From Salisapilia sapeloensis CBS 127946 (taxonomy: Eukaryota > Protista > Oomycota): a stretch of 64,000 nt of DNA. The translations under genes and the position numbers were made by a program. The notes under the pieces were generated by a model. That model did no database searches, had not been told where the DNA came from, and saw only the letters and a program-made list of their open reading frames with translations. How positions within the stretch are numbered: the first letter of the stretch is position 1; each line of letters begins with the position of its first letter. The DNA lies in contig JAADVB010000072.1 of the NCBI GenBank assembly GCA_023334545.1, positions 1 to 64,000 on the forward strand, given 5' to 3'. This document shows positions 21,553 through 32,364 of the stretch, in pieces.

Positions 21553-23934
21553 CTACCACAGCGCTTTCAAGTCTGCAAACGCTTGGAAGAGATCCTTGCC
21601 AAATTGATGGCTGTCAGTCGCATCACAACTCTTGCTGCTCGAAATGTGGAAGAAGATCTGGTCTTCTCCAGCGATCATGTAGCTGACACCGTACCCATCC
21701 TTGGCAACAGGACCGAATCCACCTCCTGGTGAGTGCCCATCGCTTAACGTATATTTGGTTCCCTCCATGAGCTTCGCTACGGCTTTCCAGTTGTCTGTCT
21801 GCTGCTGTGGCTGTTGACTAGTGGACAGACGCCACGGCCTGGACAGGGCGTTCCCGAGAAACTCCGATTCCGTCCCAAAGCCCACTGATGTGCAGTACAA
21901 CGTAAAGAGGTGGCGGTCGACCCCGAGTCCGCTCATGGCATTCCGGTAAGAATCTTGGTGACGGTCGCAGGCACTTCGAAGAAGCGTCAGTCGCTCTTCC
22001 TTGGTCTTGGAAGAGTCGTCCATGCCTTCCACAAAGGCTTTGGAAGCGTCCGTGACTGGACGCACCGTTTCTGTCCGACCATCTCGATATAAGCGCGTCA
22101 TGCTGGACTCGTACGTCTGCGTGATGGTGCCTGCGTTTCGATAGTACGCTAGCTGGAGCGCCATTTGGATGAAGCCATCGGGAGACACGCCAAACTTTTT
22201 GATCAAGCCCTTGCCGTAGGCTGTATGGGCAACGACTGCCAGGTCGAACTCTTCAATGGCACCTTGAGCTTCAACCATAGCTTTGCTGATGGCTGTTTCC
22301 AGTCCAGGCGTCATCTTCCACGGCAAAGCTTTGCAGTGCTTGAGCGTCGACTTGGCATCTTCGTCACTCGTGCACTTGACTCGTCCTTGGTCGTCAAACG
22401 GTTGATTCGAGTAGTTCTTCGTTCGGTTGTGCTCCCACATGTGCGCGATGACAGGAGCGTCAGCCCACGAGTGCTCTGCGTTCAATCCCACTAGTCCATT
22501 CTTAAACGCCACGAGCGTGAAACTCTTGTCAAACCATCGATCCGCTCCACTTCCATGGATTAAACTCCGACCCATCTCTTCCCATGTCGTCGGTTCTTCG
22601 TCTTGTAGCACGACGACGAAGATCGCCTTTTCAATCAGGTCGAGCGAGTTCTTGTTAATGCCTTCGCTAAAGTACTTTTCTCTTGTCTCGGCCCACTCGA
22701 TCCGACCCGTGGCTGTCAACGCAGCGATTCGACCTTCTGCCTCATTTGCAGGCTCCTGGAGCTCGTCGGCAGTAGCTCTGATCCAGTCCAATTGACGCTG
22801 CATCTCGTATCTCGAGAGCAATCGCCCACGCTGACCCTTTTGGAACAGCGGCATCTTGAAGAAACGACCTCGGCAGAGCACTGCAATATGCTTGCAATTG
22901 GAGTCACCAACCTGAAGGACGTCTTCTTCTCTTCCCGGGATGCGAGTGCAAGCGAAGATGCGCTGGTACTGGTTCATACACAATGGCACAATTCCTCTGA
23001 TGAGCAACGGAGTCAGCTCTTCTCGATCCAGAGCTTGCTTAAATAGCATTAGCTCGTAGATAGTGGACGCAGCGGATGCGACTTGGTCTCTCGTCCGCTC
23101 CAATTGCATCTCTAAGTTGGATTCCGGAAGCGCGTAGTAGTTGCTGTTGATCATTAGCGACCCACGACCACGCAAGTAGACGTATTTTTCCCACCAGTCC
23201 GTCACGTAGTTGGTGCTCCACCAGCTCTTTAGGTGCAAGTAGAACTGGAACTTGCGTCCATCGTTCTTAACAAAGTTTTGTGCCATCTTGGACACCTTTT
23301 TGTACTCTTCCTCTGACACGAGTGGGTGGATGCTCTCCAGATATCGGTCGATGGTGTCTTGGAGAGGAGGAACGTGTTGGCGTGGCAAGGCTTCCTGGAA
23401 CGAGTACGTAAGAGGCTCTCTTCCGCCCAGGATCTTTAGCAGAGCTCCCCACGCAAGCACCGTCTTGCTCTTCTCCTTCGGATTGAGATAGAGCCAGCCT
23501 CGGTAGCTGAGCAAGCCACGGAGAATGAGGCGCTGGCACCACATGAGCACAACGAGTCCGATGAATCCAGCCCATGCAGCCAAGTAGCCGATATAGAGTG
23601 GGTGAGGTATACGGTCATGGAAGGGAATGAGGACATTACCGACTTGCCACACCAGCTCCGAGATAGGTCCACTCCGCCACCACGAGTCCGACGGTGACAT
23701 TAACACGATAGTGATAACGCCGGCAACAATTGCAATAGCAGCAAGAGGTGGTGCTGGATACACCCGGTGGCGAACGGCTCGACTAATGTGATAGTATCGA
23801 CGAACGATCGCTTGGCGCAGTCGCCACGGCGGTGGGATCGTGAAGGCGATGTGGATGCCATCGTCGGAATACAGCAGCTCCACATTACGCTTGTGTTCTA
23901 GGAAGACGCCAGTGGCTTGATGGGCTTCTGCCAT
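21553..23934 (-). CDS. CPT1: Carnitine O-palmitoyltransferase 1-like acyltransferase, 793 aa
   Basis: N-terminal MAEAHQA, two TM helices, LPRQHVPPLQDTIDRYL, NYVTDWWEKYVYL, catalytic EHSWADAP, TYESSMTRLYRDGRTETVR, GFGPVAKDGYGVSY. Confidence 0.92.
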   Translation of the reverse strand: MAEAHQATGVFLEHKRNVELLYSDDGIHIAFTIPPPWRLRQAIVRRYYHISRAVRHRVYPAPPLAAIAIVAGVITIVLMSPSDSWWRSGPISELVWQVGNVLIPFHDRIPHPLYIGYLAAWAGFIGLVVLMWCQRLILRGLLSYRGWLYLNPKEKSKTVLAWGALLKILGGREPLTYSFQEALPRQHVPPLQDTIDRYLESIHPLVSEEEYKKVSKMAQNFVKNDGRKFQFYLHLKSWWSTNYVTDWWEKYVYLRGRGSLMINSNYYALPESNLEMQLERTRDQVASAASTIYELMLFKQALDREELTPLLIRGIVPLCMNQYQRIFACTRIPGREEDVLQVGDSNCKHIAVLCRGRFFKMPLFQKGQRGRLLSRYEMQRQLDWIRATADELQEPANEAEGRIAALTATGRIEWAETREKYFSEGINKNSLDLIEKAIFVVVLQDEEPTTWEEMGRSLIHGSGADRWFDKSFTLVAFKNGLVGLNAEHSWADAPVIAHMWEHNRTKNYSNQPFDDQGRVKCTSDEDAKSTLKHCKALPWKMTPGLETAISKAMVEAQGAIEEFDLAVVAHTAYGKGLIKKFGVSPDGFIQMALQLAYYRNAGTITQTYESSMTRLYRDGRTETVRPVTDASKAFVEGMDDSSKTKEERLTLLRSACDRHQDSYRNAMSGLGVDRHLFTLYCTSVGFGTESEFLGNALSRPWRLSTSQQPQQQTDNWKAVAKLMEGTKYTLSDGHSPGGGFGPVAKDGYGVSYMIAGEDQIFFHISSSKSCDATDSHQFGKDLFQAFADLKALW

Positions 23935-25209
23935 GTCTAGTTCGCTGTCTTTGCGGTCGAATCGAGGTGCGCTTGAGGTGTAGGCGGTGAAAGGCTAAAT
24001 GCGGAATAACGACGTGGAGAAACGTCGTGGAGCTTTTGAAGATCTTTGAAGAGGATTTTGCCAGAATAGGAAGTGAATTTAGAAGGATGAAGAAAAAATG
24101 GACATTCTAGGTAGAGAAAAGCATCTACTTTTGTCCAGAGTAGTGAAATAAGTACCACGTTTGACAAGATGTCCTCGTTTTGGCAAAATCCTTATGTCGG
24201 TTCACCTGGGAAAATGAAGACATAGACAGGAACATTGAAGTTATCGAGTCCCAACGATGACGTGACTAGCGTCCTCTTTAGTATATCTTCAAAAGACCGC
24301 AGGAAGGCATTTTGTGATGTCATATAGCCATTTCTATATTGGATGAATGGGCGATATATATTTGAGCTGAATGTTTCTATGCGGGTGTTCACGACAAATT
24401 TGATGGGAGACAAACCGTGCTCTGTCTGAAACGGGGTCTGGACGCATACAGCAAATGGTCTGCTTGTAGCTTTCCATCAACTGTAAAGTGAAAAATTGGG
24501 CTAGTCGAAAAGACCATCTTTAGAGTAGAGTGGATTTCACTTTTGTATTTAAAGAAGATATTTGAAGATCGAGTGCATCGATAGCCGATGATAATAGGAG
24601 CATTGACGTTTGGTCGTAGCGAACTAAATTTGTTGATCTGTATGTGGAAGAAGGAAAAACGGCGCTTTAAAGCTTTTAAATAGCCATTTGAGTCTATCGA
24701 TAAAAGGATGTTGCGTGGTATAAAATATGCATTTGGTGGCAAAGGGTCAATGCATCCCTTCGGCCTTTAAAATATTATTTAAACCGATGCCCCATCCACA
24801 CTCGGGTGAATACAAGTACCAAGTGTGGTACATCGGTGTTCGACAAGAATTTGAGGAAACTACGCGCCCATTAAAGTCGCTGTTCTGGGTATGCACACGC
24901 ACGAATCCACTAGCGTAACTATGCATCCGGTTTAATTCGTACATTTAATTAACAGCACTCAAAGTAACTAATTGACGTCCGTTTCTAGTATCTAGCGGCT
25001 AAGCAATCGTGTGTAAGGTGAAAGGCCATCGATAGTGCAGTCGGATCGCGCATCCGGTTGGTCTCAATGTGGAGATCTTGAAGAGCTCTGATCGCTTTTC
25101 CATCTACTTCAACTTAGGCTTATCATCAAAGCTATTGGCTGAAAATTGTATCATACTAAATTCAAGTACAAACTTTGCCAGACAAGGAATTGTGACAACC
25201 AAGCAAAAG

Positions 25210-26704
25210 ATGGCGTCGGAGACCATGAACGATGAAGTGTTCGCGAATTTCCGAGTGCAATTTCCTACCCAAGTGAATGACGAGCTGCATGAAGCATATG
25301 GCGAGGACCACTGGACTCGTATTCAACGTGCATTAGCCACACCGTACGCAGACGGTCATGAAAGCCTTCTATTGACCACTACTGACAATGATACATAGAC
25401 CAACAGCCACTTCAGTTCGAGTCAACCAACTGTACTGCGATACGAAGACTGCATTAAGTCATTTAGAGCAAGCACTTAAGCCTTTTAACGATTATCTCCA
25501 ATCCTCGCAACGAGATACGATCCACCCCTACGTCCACCCTGTCCTCTCGGATGTCATTATCATTCCTTCGGCACACCAAACGACGGCAGAGCCCATTGCG
25601 TACAACCCTCGACAGCGTAGTATTGTTGTAGATAGACTATGTGGAGAAGCAGTGCTACGAGGTAGTGACATCTACTGCCGAGGCATCATGAGTGCGAGTA
25701 CAGGTCTGCAGTATCATGATCGCGTCAACATCTACGTCGACTTGGACCACTGTACGACTCGAGGGTCCAATATGGAAGGACATTCCGGTCGAAAGCTCTT
25801 AATTGCGCATGGAACGATGCAAATGGGACGCTCTGAAATGTTCCACTTGACGCAAGGACTAGCGGTTGACCAGATCGTTCGTGTTTGTGCAGATGCCCCG
25901 CCACTCAACGGTCTCGTTCCGACGAAACTCATGTACGTCCAGAACCTGCCTAGCACTGTTGCTGCCCACGTGCTGGATCCACAGCCTGGTGAGACGATCA
26001 TCGACATGTGCTCTGCGCCTGGAGGCAAGACGACGCATTTGGCCAATCTCATGGGCAACAAGGGCACGGTCATTGCGTGTGACCAGTCCAAGAAGAAAGT
26101 CATAGCACTGAAGCAGTTGGTAGAAGAAATGCAGGTAGACCAGTGTATCATTCCTTTACGTCTCGACTCGATGCATTCTGTTCTGCCGAAGGGGGCACCT
26201 AGTCAGTCGGTGGCAGAAGTGATTGCATCAGCTCGAGAACAGTTTGCCTTGAACCCTCCGAAGCACGGGTTGCTACCTGTAAAAGGTTTCTCTCCAGAGA
26301 CTTTTGATCGCATTTTATTGGACCCACCATGCTCTGCCCTTGGTTTACGTCCTCGGTTGTTGCATAAAGAGAGCGTGCAGGAACTTGGCAAGTACCCAAG
26401 TATGCAGCGCACATTCCTCTGGTGTGCTGTGTATCTGCTAAAACCAGGTGGAACACTGGTCTATTCGACCTGTACGATCCACCCGAACGAGAATGAACGT
26501 ATGGTCAAGTACGCTCTGGACAATTATCCGTTGGAGCTAGAGCAGCAGAGTGTACGCATCGGAAGTACTGGCTTGACGAATCAAGGCTTGTCGGAAGAAG
26601 AGGCGAGCAAAGTCCAGCGATTCGACCCAAGTGATGAGTCGGTCGATAGCATCGGCTTCTTCTGTGCTCGGTTCCGTAAAACCAAGTCGGTGCGAGAGCT
26701 GTAG
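25210..26704 (+). CDS. NSUN6: NSUN6-like RNA m5C methyltransferase (PUA plus RsmB/NOL1 domain); exons 25210-25343 and 25399-26704
   Basis: CGEAVLRGSDIY (PUA), QNLPSTVAAHVLDPQPGE, DMCSAPGGKT, FDRILLDPPCSALG, LVYSTCT; 55-nt GT-AG intron. Confidence 0.92.
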
Positions 26705-26858
26705 ATGCTTGTAGGAAGGATGTAGGTTGTAGATCACTTTTGTCCCTTGAACGATAGACATGGAATGAAGGTATTTTTGTGAAATCTTGACATCTTAAAG
26801 GGGCAGAATCGTGGATAGATACATCAAGCGGTTCGTAGGATTCGCGTCTGTAGTCAGC

Positions 26859-27901
26859 ATGTCGTGTGGATTGACGCCAAAGCTAGCGGAGATATTGCAG
26901 GAAGCTAGTCAGTATAAAAATGTCGAATCGTCAAAGGCAGAGGAAGAGGCATTGGATGCTCGAGAACGAGTAGCTCGAGCGCTCAAGAAGAATGCTGCGT
27001 TGGAACAGGATGGTGACGAGAATTACGACTGGACTAAAGTGTATTCCAAGTGGGACGAATGGCAAGATCCAGAAGAGCTCATGGCAGAGGAAAAGAGGGC
27101 GAGGGAGAAAGCGGAACGATCGAAAGCGTCCAACGTCATGTGTGATCATGACCATTCCGCCGTACGAATATCTTGTTTAGATCTCTTGGAACAAACCTTT
27201 CATAGCTCTTTGTGTAGGAGCAAAAGCTGATGGATATGTCTGCAGCGGATAAACTAGCCAAGTGTGAAGAGTTTCGCCTACTCGGCTCTGCTTTCGTAAA
27301 GCAAGGACAGATGCGTCTTGCCTATTCGTACTATCAAAAAGCTCTTGTCTACTTCGAGTATATCTTTCCCGATGCTGACGATGAAGAGCGGCAACTACTG
27401 ACTTGTCAATGCCAAGTGCTGCTTAATATAGCATTGATCGTCATTAGACAGAAGCAAGGTAGCTACGATATGCTTATTCAGTACTGCACCCAAGTTCTGG
27501 ATACTCTCGAGCAAGACGCAAATGGAAGCTGCTTGCTATCTAGTGACCAGTCGACAGAACTCAAGAAGAAAGCAGTGTTTCGTCGAGCACAAGGATATCG
27601 TTTGCAGCATCAATTCACAGAGGCAAAGGAAGATCTAGACGCATTGTGTGGTCTCATTGGAAATCGAGATCGAGCTGTGAATACTGAGCGACGAGAGCTC
27701 ATGGCAGACAAAGCGCGTTACCATGACAAGAGCAAACAGATCTCGAAAGCCATGTTTCAACAGCCTTTTATCGCATCTACTAACACTCGAGTGGAATACA
27801 CAGTCCCAACCACGACGAACGAAAAAGAGAAAAGTGATTATCTACTTGCAGATGGAATACAAGAACTACAAAAATATATTAACAGCATTTCCCCCGAATA
27901 A
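26859..27901 (+). CDS. TPR-repeat protein (FKBP/cyclophilin-type TPR triad without PPIase domain); exons 26859-27161 and 27218-27901
   Basis: GSAFVKQGQMRLAYSYYQKALVYF, VLLNIALIVIR...YCTQVL, KAVFRRAQGYRLQHQFTEAKEDL; a 56-nt intron joins the two ORFs in frame. Confidence 0.8.
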
Positions 27902-28035
27902 ATGTGCGTACATGACAACGTTTGTTCTCGTCGTAATGGTCATCAACTCGTGCTTATATGTCATCACAAAGTGAAAAGCAAGTTGTCTTATCGGTAGGAA
28001 AGTAAAAGACAAACAAAGGCAATCTACCCTTCTCT

Positions 28036-31000
28036 TTATTCCTCGCAGAAACGCTTGGCGTTCTGGAAGAGACGCATCCAAGGCGACGTCGCATGCTTCT
28101 CCCATCCGACAGGCATGTACGGCCACTGGAACTTGCGGAAGCAACGTTCCGGATGCGGCATCATGCACAAATGCCGTCCGTCGGCAGACACAAGTCCAGC
28201 AATACCGTTTGGAGAGCCATTCGGGTTGAAAGGATACTTCTCCGTCACATTGTTCGCGTCATCCACGTACCGAATCGGTGCCAAGTTGCTGTTCTCCATC
28301 GACTCTCGGATCTTGTCATGCGTAAAGTGCGCACGACCTTCCGCGTGGGCGACCCAAGCACCAAAGGAGCTTCCAGCCATACCACGCAGCATCACAGCGT
28401 TGCTTTCCTGGATCTTGAGAGACACAAAGCGGGACTCGTAGCGACCAGATTGGTTGTCAATGAAGCGAGGCAAAGCTGAGGTGCCCGTCTCCATCTCCAA
28501 CTGAGCAGCGTTCGGCAGACTCACCCACCCAAGCAGAGCCATCAACTGGCAACCGTTGCAGGCACCAAAGGAGAACGTGTCTTCCCGAGCACGGAAGGCA
28601 GCAAACTGCTTGAGGACGTCTCCGTGGTACTTGACGACACCGGCCCATCCCTTGGCAGAGCCCAGGACGTCAGCAAAGGAGAAACCGCCGACGAAAGCAA
28701 CACCACGGAAGCGTTCATCCAGAGCCACGCGTTTGTGGACAAGATCGGACATGACAATGTCCCAGACTTCAAAGCCAGCTGCATGGAAAGCAGCGATCAT
28801 CTCGCGTTCACCATTGCTTCCTTCTTCACGAAGGACAGCCACCTTTTGTGTCTTAGGCGAGCGCTGGGGAGACGCAACGGGCTCGAAAGTGAGTTTCCAG
28901 TCAGGAGATGTACGAGAGCGCAGGCCCTCCTTCTCCTGCTGCACGCACGCCAAGTTGCGCTGTTTCTTCTCCAATTCGAAACTAGTGGCTTCCCACACGT
29001 CACGCAGGGCAGCAACATCATCTTCTAGCACCTTGTCACCGTTGACACGAACAACGATGTTCCGGTCCTTTGCCACGGCGCCAATACGCTGCAGAGGTAC
29101 CTGCTTAGCGCTGAAGATGTCTTCGATCTGAGCAGCCGAAGAGGCGTCGACTTGGAAGACGAAACCAAGTTCTTCCGCAAAGAGCGTGCTGGTGACGTCC
29201 TTGGCAGACGAAATGTCCACGTCGATACCGCAGTTACCAGCAAAGGCCATCTCGAGGACAGTCGAGATGAGACCACCGTCACTACGGTCGTGACCAGCGA
29301 GGACGAGTCCCTTTTTAATACTCTCCTGGACGGCGTTGAATGCGTTCTTGAAGAGAGTGGCGTCCTCCATGTCAGGAGACTCGTCTCCGATCTGGTTGTG
29401 CACTTGCGCCAGAGCAGAGCCGCCGAGACGGTACTTGCCAACACCGAGGTCAACGTAGTAGAGGGCACTGTCAACGTGGGTCTTCAAGTCTGGCGTGACA
29501 GTCGCCTCAACGTCATCGCACGCAGCATACATGGTCACCACAAGAGTTCCTGGCGTCTTGACGTCCTTTCCGTTGACGGAAGCAGCCATGGATAACGAGT
29601 CTTTACCTCCATCCACGGCGACACCGACCTCCTTCATAAAGTTCGACATGGCTTCGCAGCACTCGTACATGCGAGCAGCTTCACCCGGGAGCTTGGCGGC
29701 CCACATCCAGTTGGCACTGCACTTGGTGTCTAGCAGTCCTCTGCCACCAAGAGACGCCCATACGAGGTTCGTGAGCGACTCACCGACCGTCAAGCGAGCC
29801 ATTGCCTGGGCGTTTAATAGACCCTTGACAGGCTGCTCGCCACAGGCACTTGCCAGTCCCGGGACCTTGCCGTCTTCGTTGGCAAAGTAGGTCTGGGCGA
29901 CGACAGCACAGTCTGCAAGCGGCAGTTGCAGCGGACCGACGGTCTGCTGCTGGGCGATGAGGCCACTGACGCTTCGGTCCACCTTGGATGTGAGGAAGCG
30001 TTTGGAGCCGACGGACACGAGACGCAGCACACGGTCGAGAGCGTCCTTTACGGACGTCTGCGGTAGTGCAAGAGGTTGGAGGGGAGGCTGGATGGTCGAA
30101 TCCACGTACGTCTTCTGCGGCATTTTACCTAGCACCAGGTCCAAGTCCAGGTCGAACGGAGTCGAGTCATCGACTGAGTCGTGCAGGACGACACGTCCGT
30201 CACCAGTGACTTGACCTAGAAGAGCGTAGGGGCAGTTCTCGCGCTTGCAGATGCGGTCGAAGAGCTCTACATCCTTCGGGTCAAGCAGCAGCGCGTCATT
30301 CTCTTGGTACTCTGCACCCCAGATCTCCAGTACCGACAGCGTCTCGTCACCAACGAGGATGTCACGCACTTCGTACTTGGCACCTCCGTTCTTTCCTTCG
30401 ACAATCTCCTTGAGCACGTTGCCATTACCTCCAGCACCTTGGTCATGGATCGAGATGATCGGGTTCTTATCGCCTAGGTCGATGCAAGCACGAATTACCT
30501 TGTTCATCTTGCTCTCCATCTCGGCGTCACCTCGCTGGACAGCGTTAAAGTCCAATTCAGCCGTCTTGGCATCACTGATACGACTCGATGCAGCTCCACC
30601 GCCCATACCGATACGATAAGCAGGCCCACCAACCTTGACGACCCACATGCTAACGTCAGGTTCTCCCTTGTCGCAGTGGCGAGCGTCGAGCTGGCCGAGT
30701 CCAGCAGAGAACATGATGGGCTTGATGTACTCTCGGCGTTCTCCGTCGCTTAGTGTCATACCAAAGGAGCGAGTGAAGCCCGTGACGACAGGCTCACCGA
30801 ACTTGTTGCCATAGTCCGATGCACCGTTGGATGCTTGCAACAGAATCTCCTGCGGATGAGCCAGATTGGATGGGTACGACAAGTTCTTGTCTTCCCACGG
30901 CAGCTCGTAGTTGTCCAAGTGCAAGTTACCGACGCTGTAGGCACTTACACCAGCAACGACGTGGGCACCGCGACCAGTCGCCTGGACATCTCGGATACGA

Positions 31001-32163
31001 CCACCGGTGCCTGTTTCAGCTCCTGGGAACGGAGCCACCGCAGACGGGAAGTTGTGGGTTTCAGCCGTGAGCAGCAGATGCGCCTCCTGCTTTTGCTCTT
31101 CCGCAGGACCTGGAGCTCCTGGCGTCGACGGCACGAGGCGAGTGAGGTGGCTGCCACGAATGACGGACGAGTTGTCGTGGAAAGCGATGACACTGTTCTG
31201 CTTTGTCTCTGGCGTGAGGGTGTTGCGAACCATTTGGAAGAGCGTGTCTGGCTTTTCAACGCCATCCAAAACCATTTTACCACCAAAGAACCAGTGACGA
31301 GAGTGCTCTGAGTTACTCTGACCGAGGTCGAAGAGCTCCACGTCCGTCGGATCGCGCTTCAGGTTCTCACGGAAGAGCTGCGTGTAGTACGCAATGTCAT
31401 GCTCATCGAAACCGAGACCGATATCGTCGTTCAGTTCCTTAAGAGCCGCTTCTCCACGCTCCATGACAGCAATACGACGCACTGGCTGGGCAGTCTTGCC
31501 ATGCCAGAATGACGTCAAGGGAGCTGGGTACTCTTGCTGCGTCATGCGATCACACTCGATCGACAGCAGCGCTTCCTTCAGGCCAGCATTGTCCGCTGCC
31601 GAAGTGATGAGGTAGCGAGTAGCACGCTCAATACGCTTGACGTTCGTGAGACCACAGGCCTTGCAGATCGTCGCAGCGTTCGTGGACCAGGCAGTGGAAA
31701 AGTTCATACGAGGTCCGACCTCGACAAGCAGTCCATTTGATTTTTCCTATCGATGTTGCAATTCGTGAGCATCGAATGAGTGGGCAATCGTAGGAAAAGA
31801 TGCGTTTGATAGATGCAATGCATTTTACAAGCATGCAAGAGGTAATCGAGGTGAGTTGATTGCATAGTAGATGGGCATCCAAAGTATCAATTGATATGAT
31901 TGCGTCATATATCATACCTGCAAGAACGGATCGTTGGCACGCGTAAGTGGCTGCTCGAACGTCTCGCTAAGGAGCCAATGCAGCGTCGCTTGGTGGTCCG
32001 CGCTGAGCGGTTGACCGTCCACTGTTTCGACGTAGAAACAGCTCTCGGTCTCCAGCTGCTGCACCTTGACATTAGCTTTCCGCTCCAACTCGGCTTGGAG
32101 TTTCTCACTCGCATGCGGTGCCAAAGCTGGTTGCCGATAGAAGCGTTGCAGCTGAGCCATCAT
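28036..32163 (-). CDS. PFAS: Phosphoribosylformylglycinamidine synthase (large PurL/ADE6); exons 32163-31918 and 31746-28036 (alternative start 32238)
   Basis: VEVGPRMNFSTAWS, QSNSEHSRHWFF, AETHNFP, GAETGTGGRIRD, IHDQGAGG, DGGKDSLSM, HDRSDGGL, glutaminase GACNGCQL and HPER; 171-nt intron. Confidence 0.97.
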
Positions 32164-32364
32164 CAGATGAAGGTTGGAAGCTTGAGGGGAGTGGGAGGTA
32201 GAAGTCGGAAGTCCGAATGCGGTACTTTGGATGGCCACTGGAAATCTACGCTTTCACTGGTAGAAATACATTGATAGAAGGTATGTGATTGGATGATAAA
32301 TTAGTGTACATTTGAAGTGGGTGAAGTGGCGGTAAGAAGCAACTAATATAGACACGTATCACGG

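Noticed and set aside
24790-24840. GEY...YIG resembling a GIY-YIG nuclease
   Set aside because: Spacing is only 5 residues (normally about 9-11), the ORF is tiny, and the downstream Arg/Glu motifs are absent.
9034-26704. Apparent RNA-metabolism cluster (Nopp140, N6AMT1, MYG1, NSUN6)
   Set aside because: Interspersed with unrelated genes, as expected in a gene-dense eukaryotic housekeeping region.
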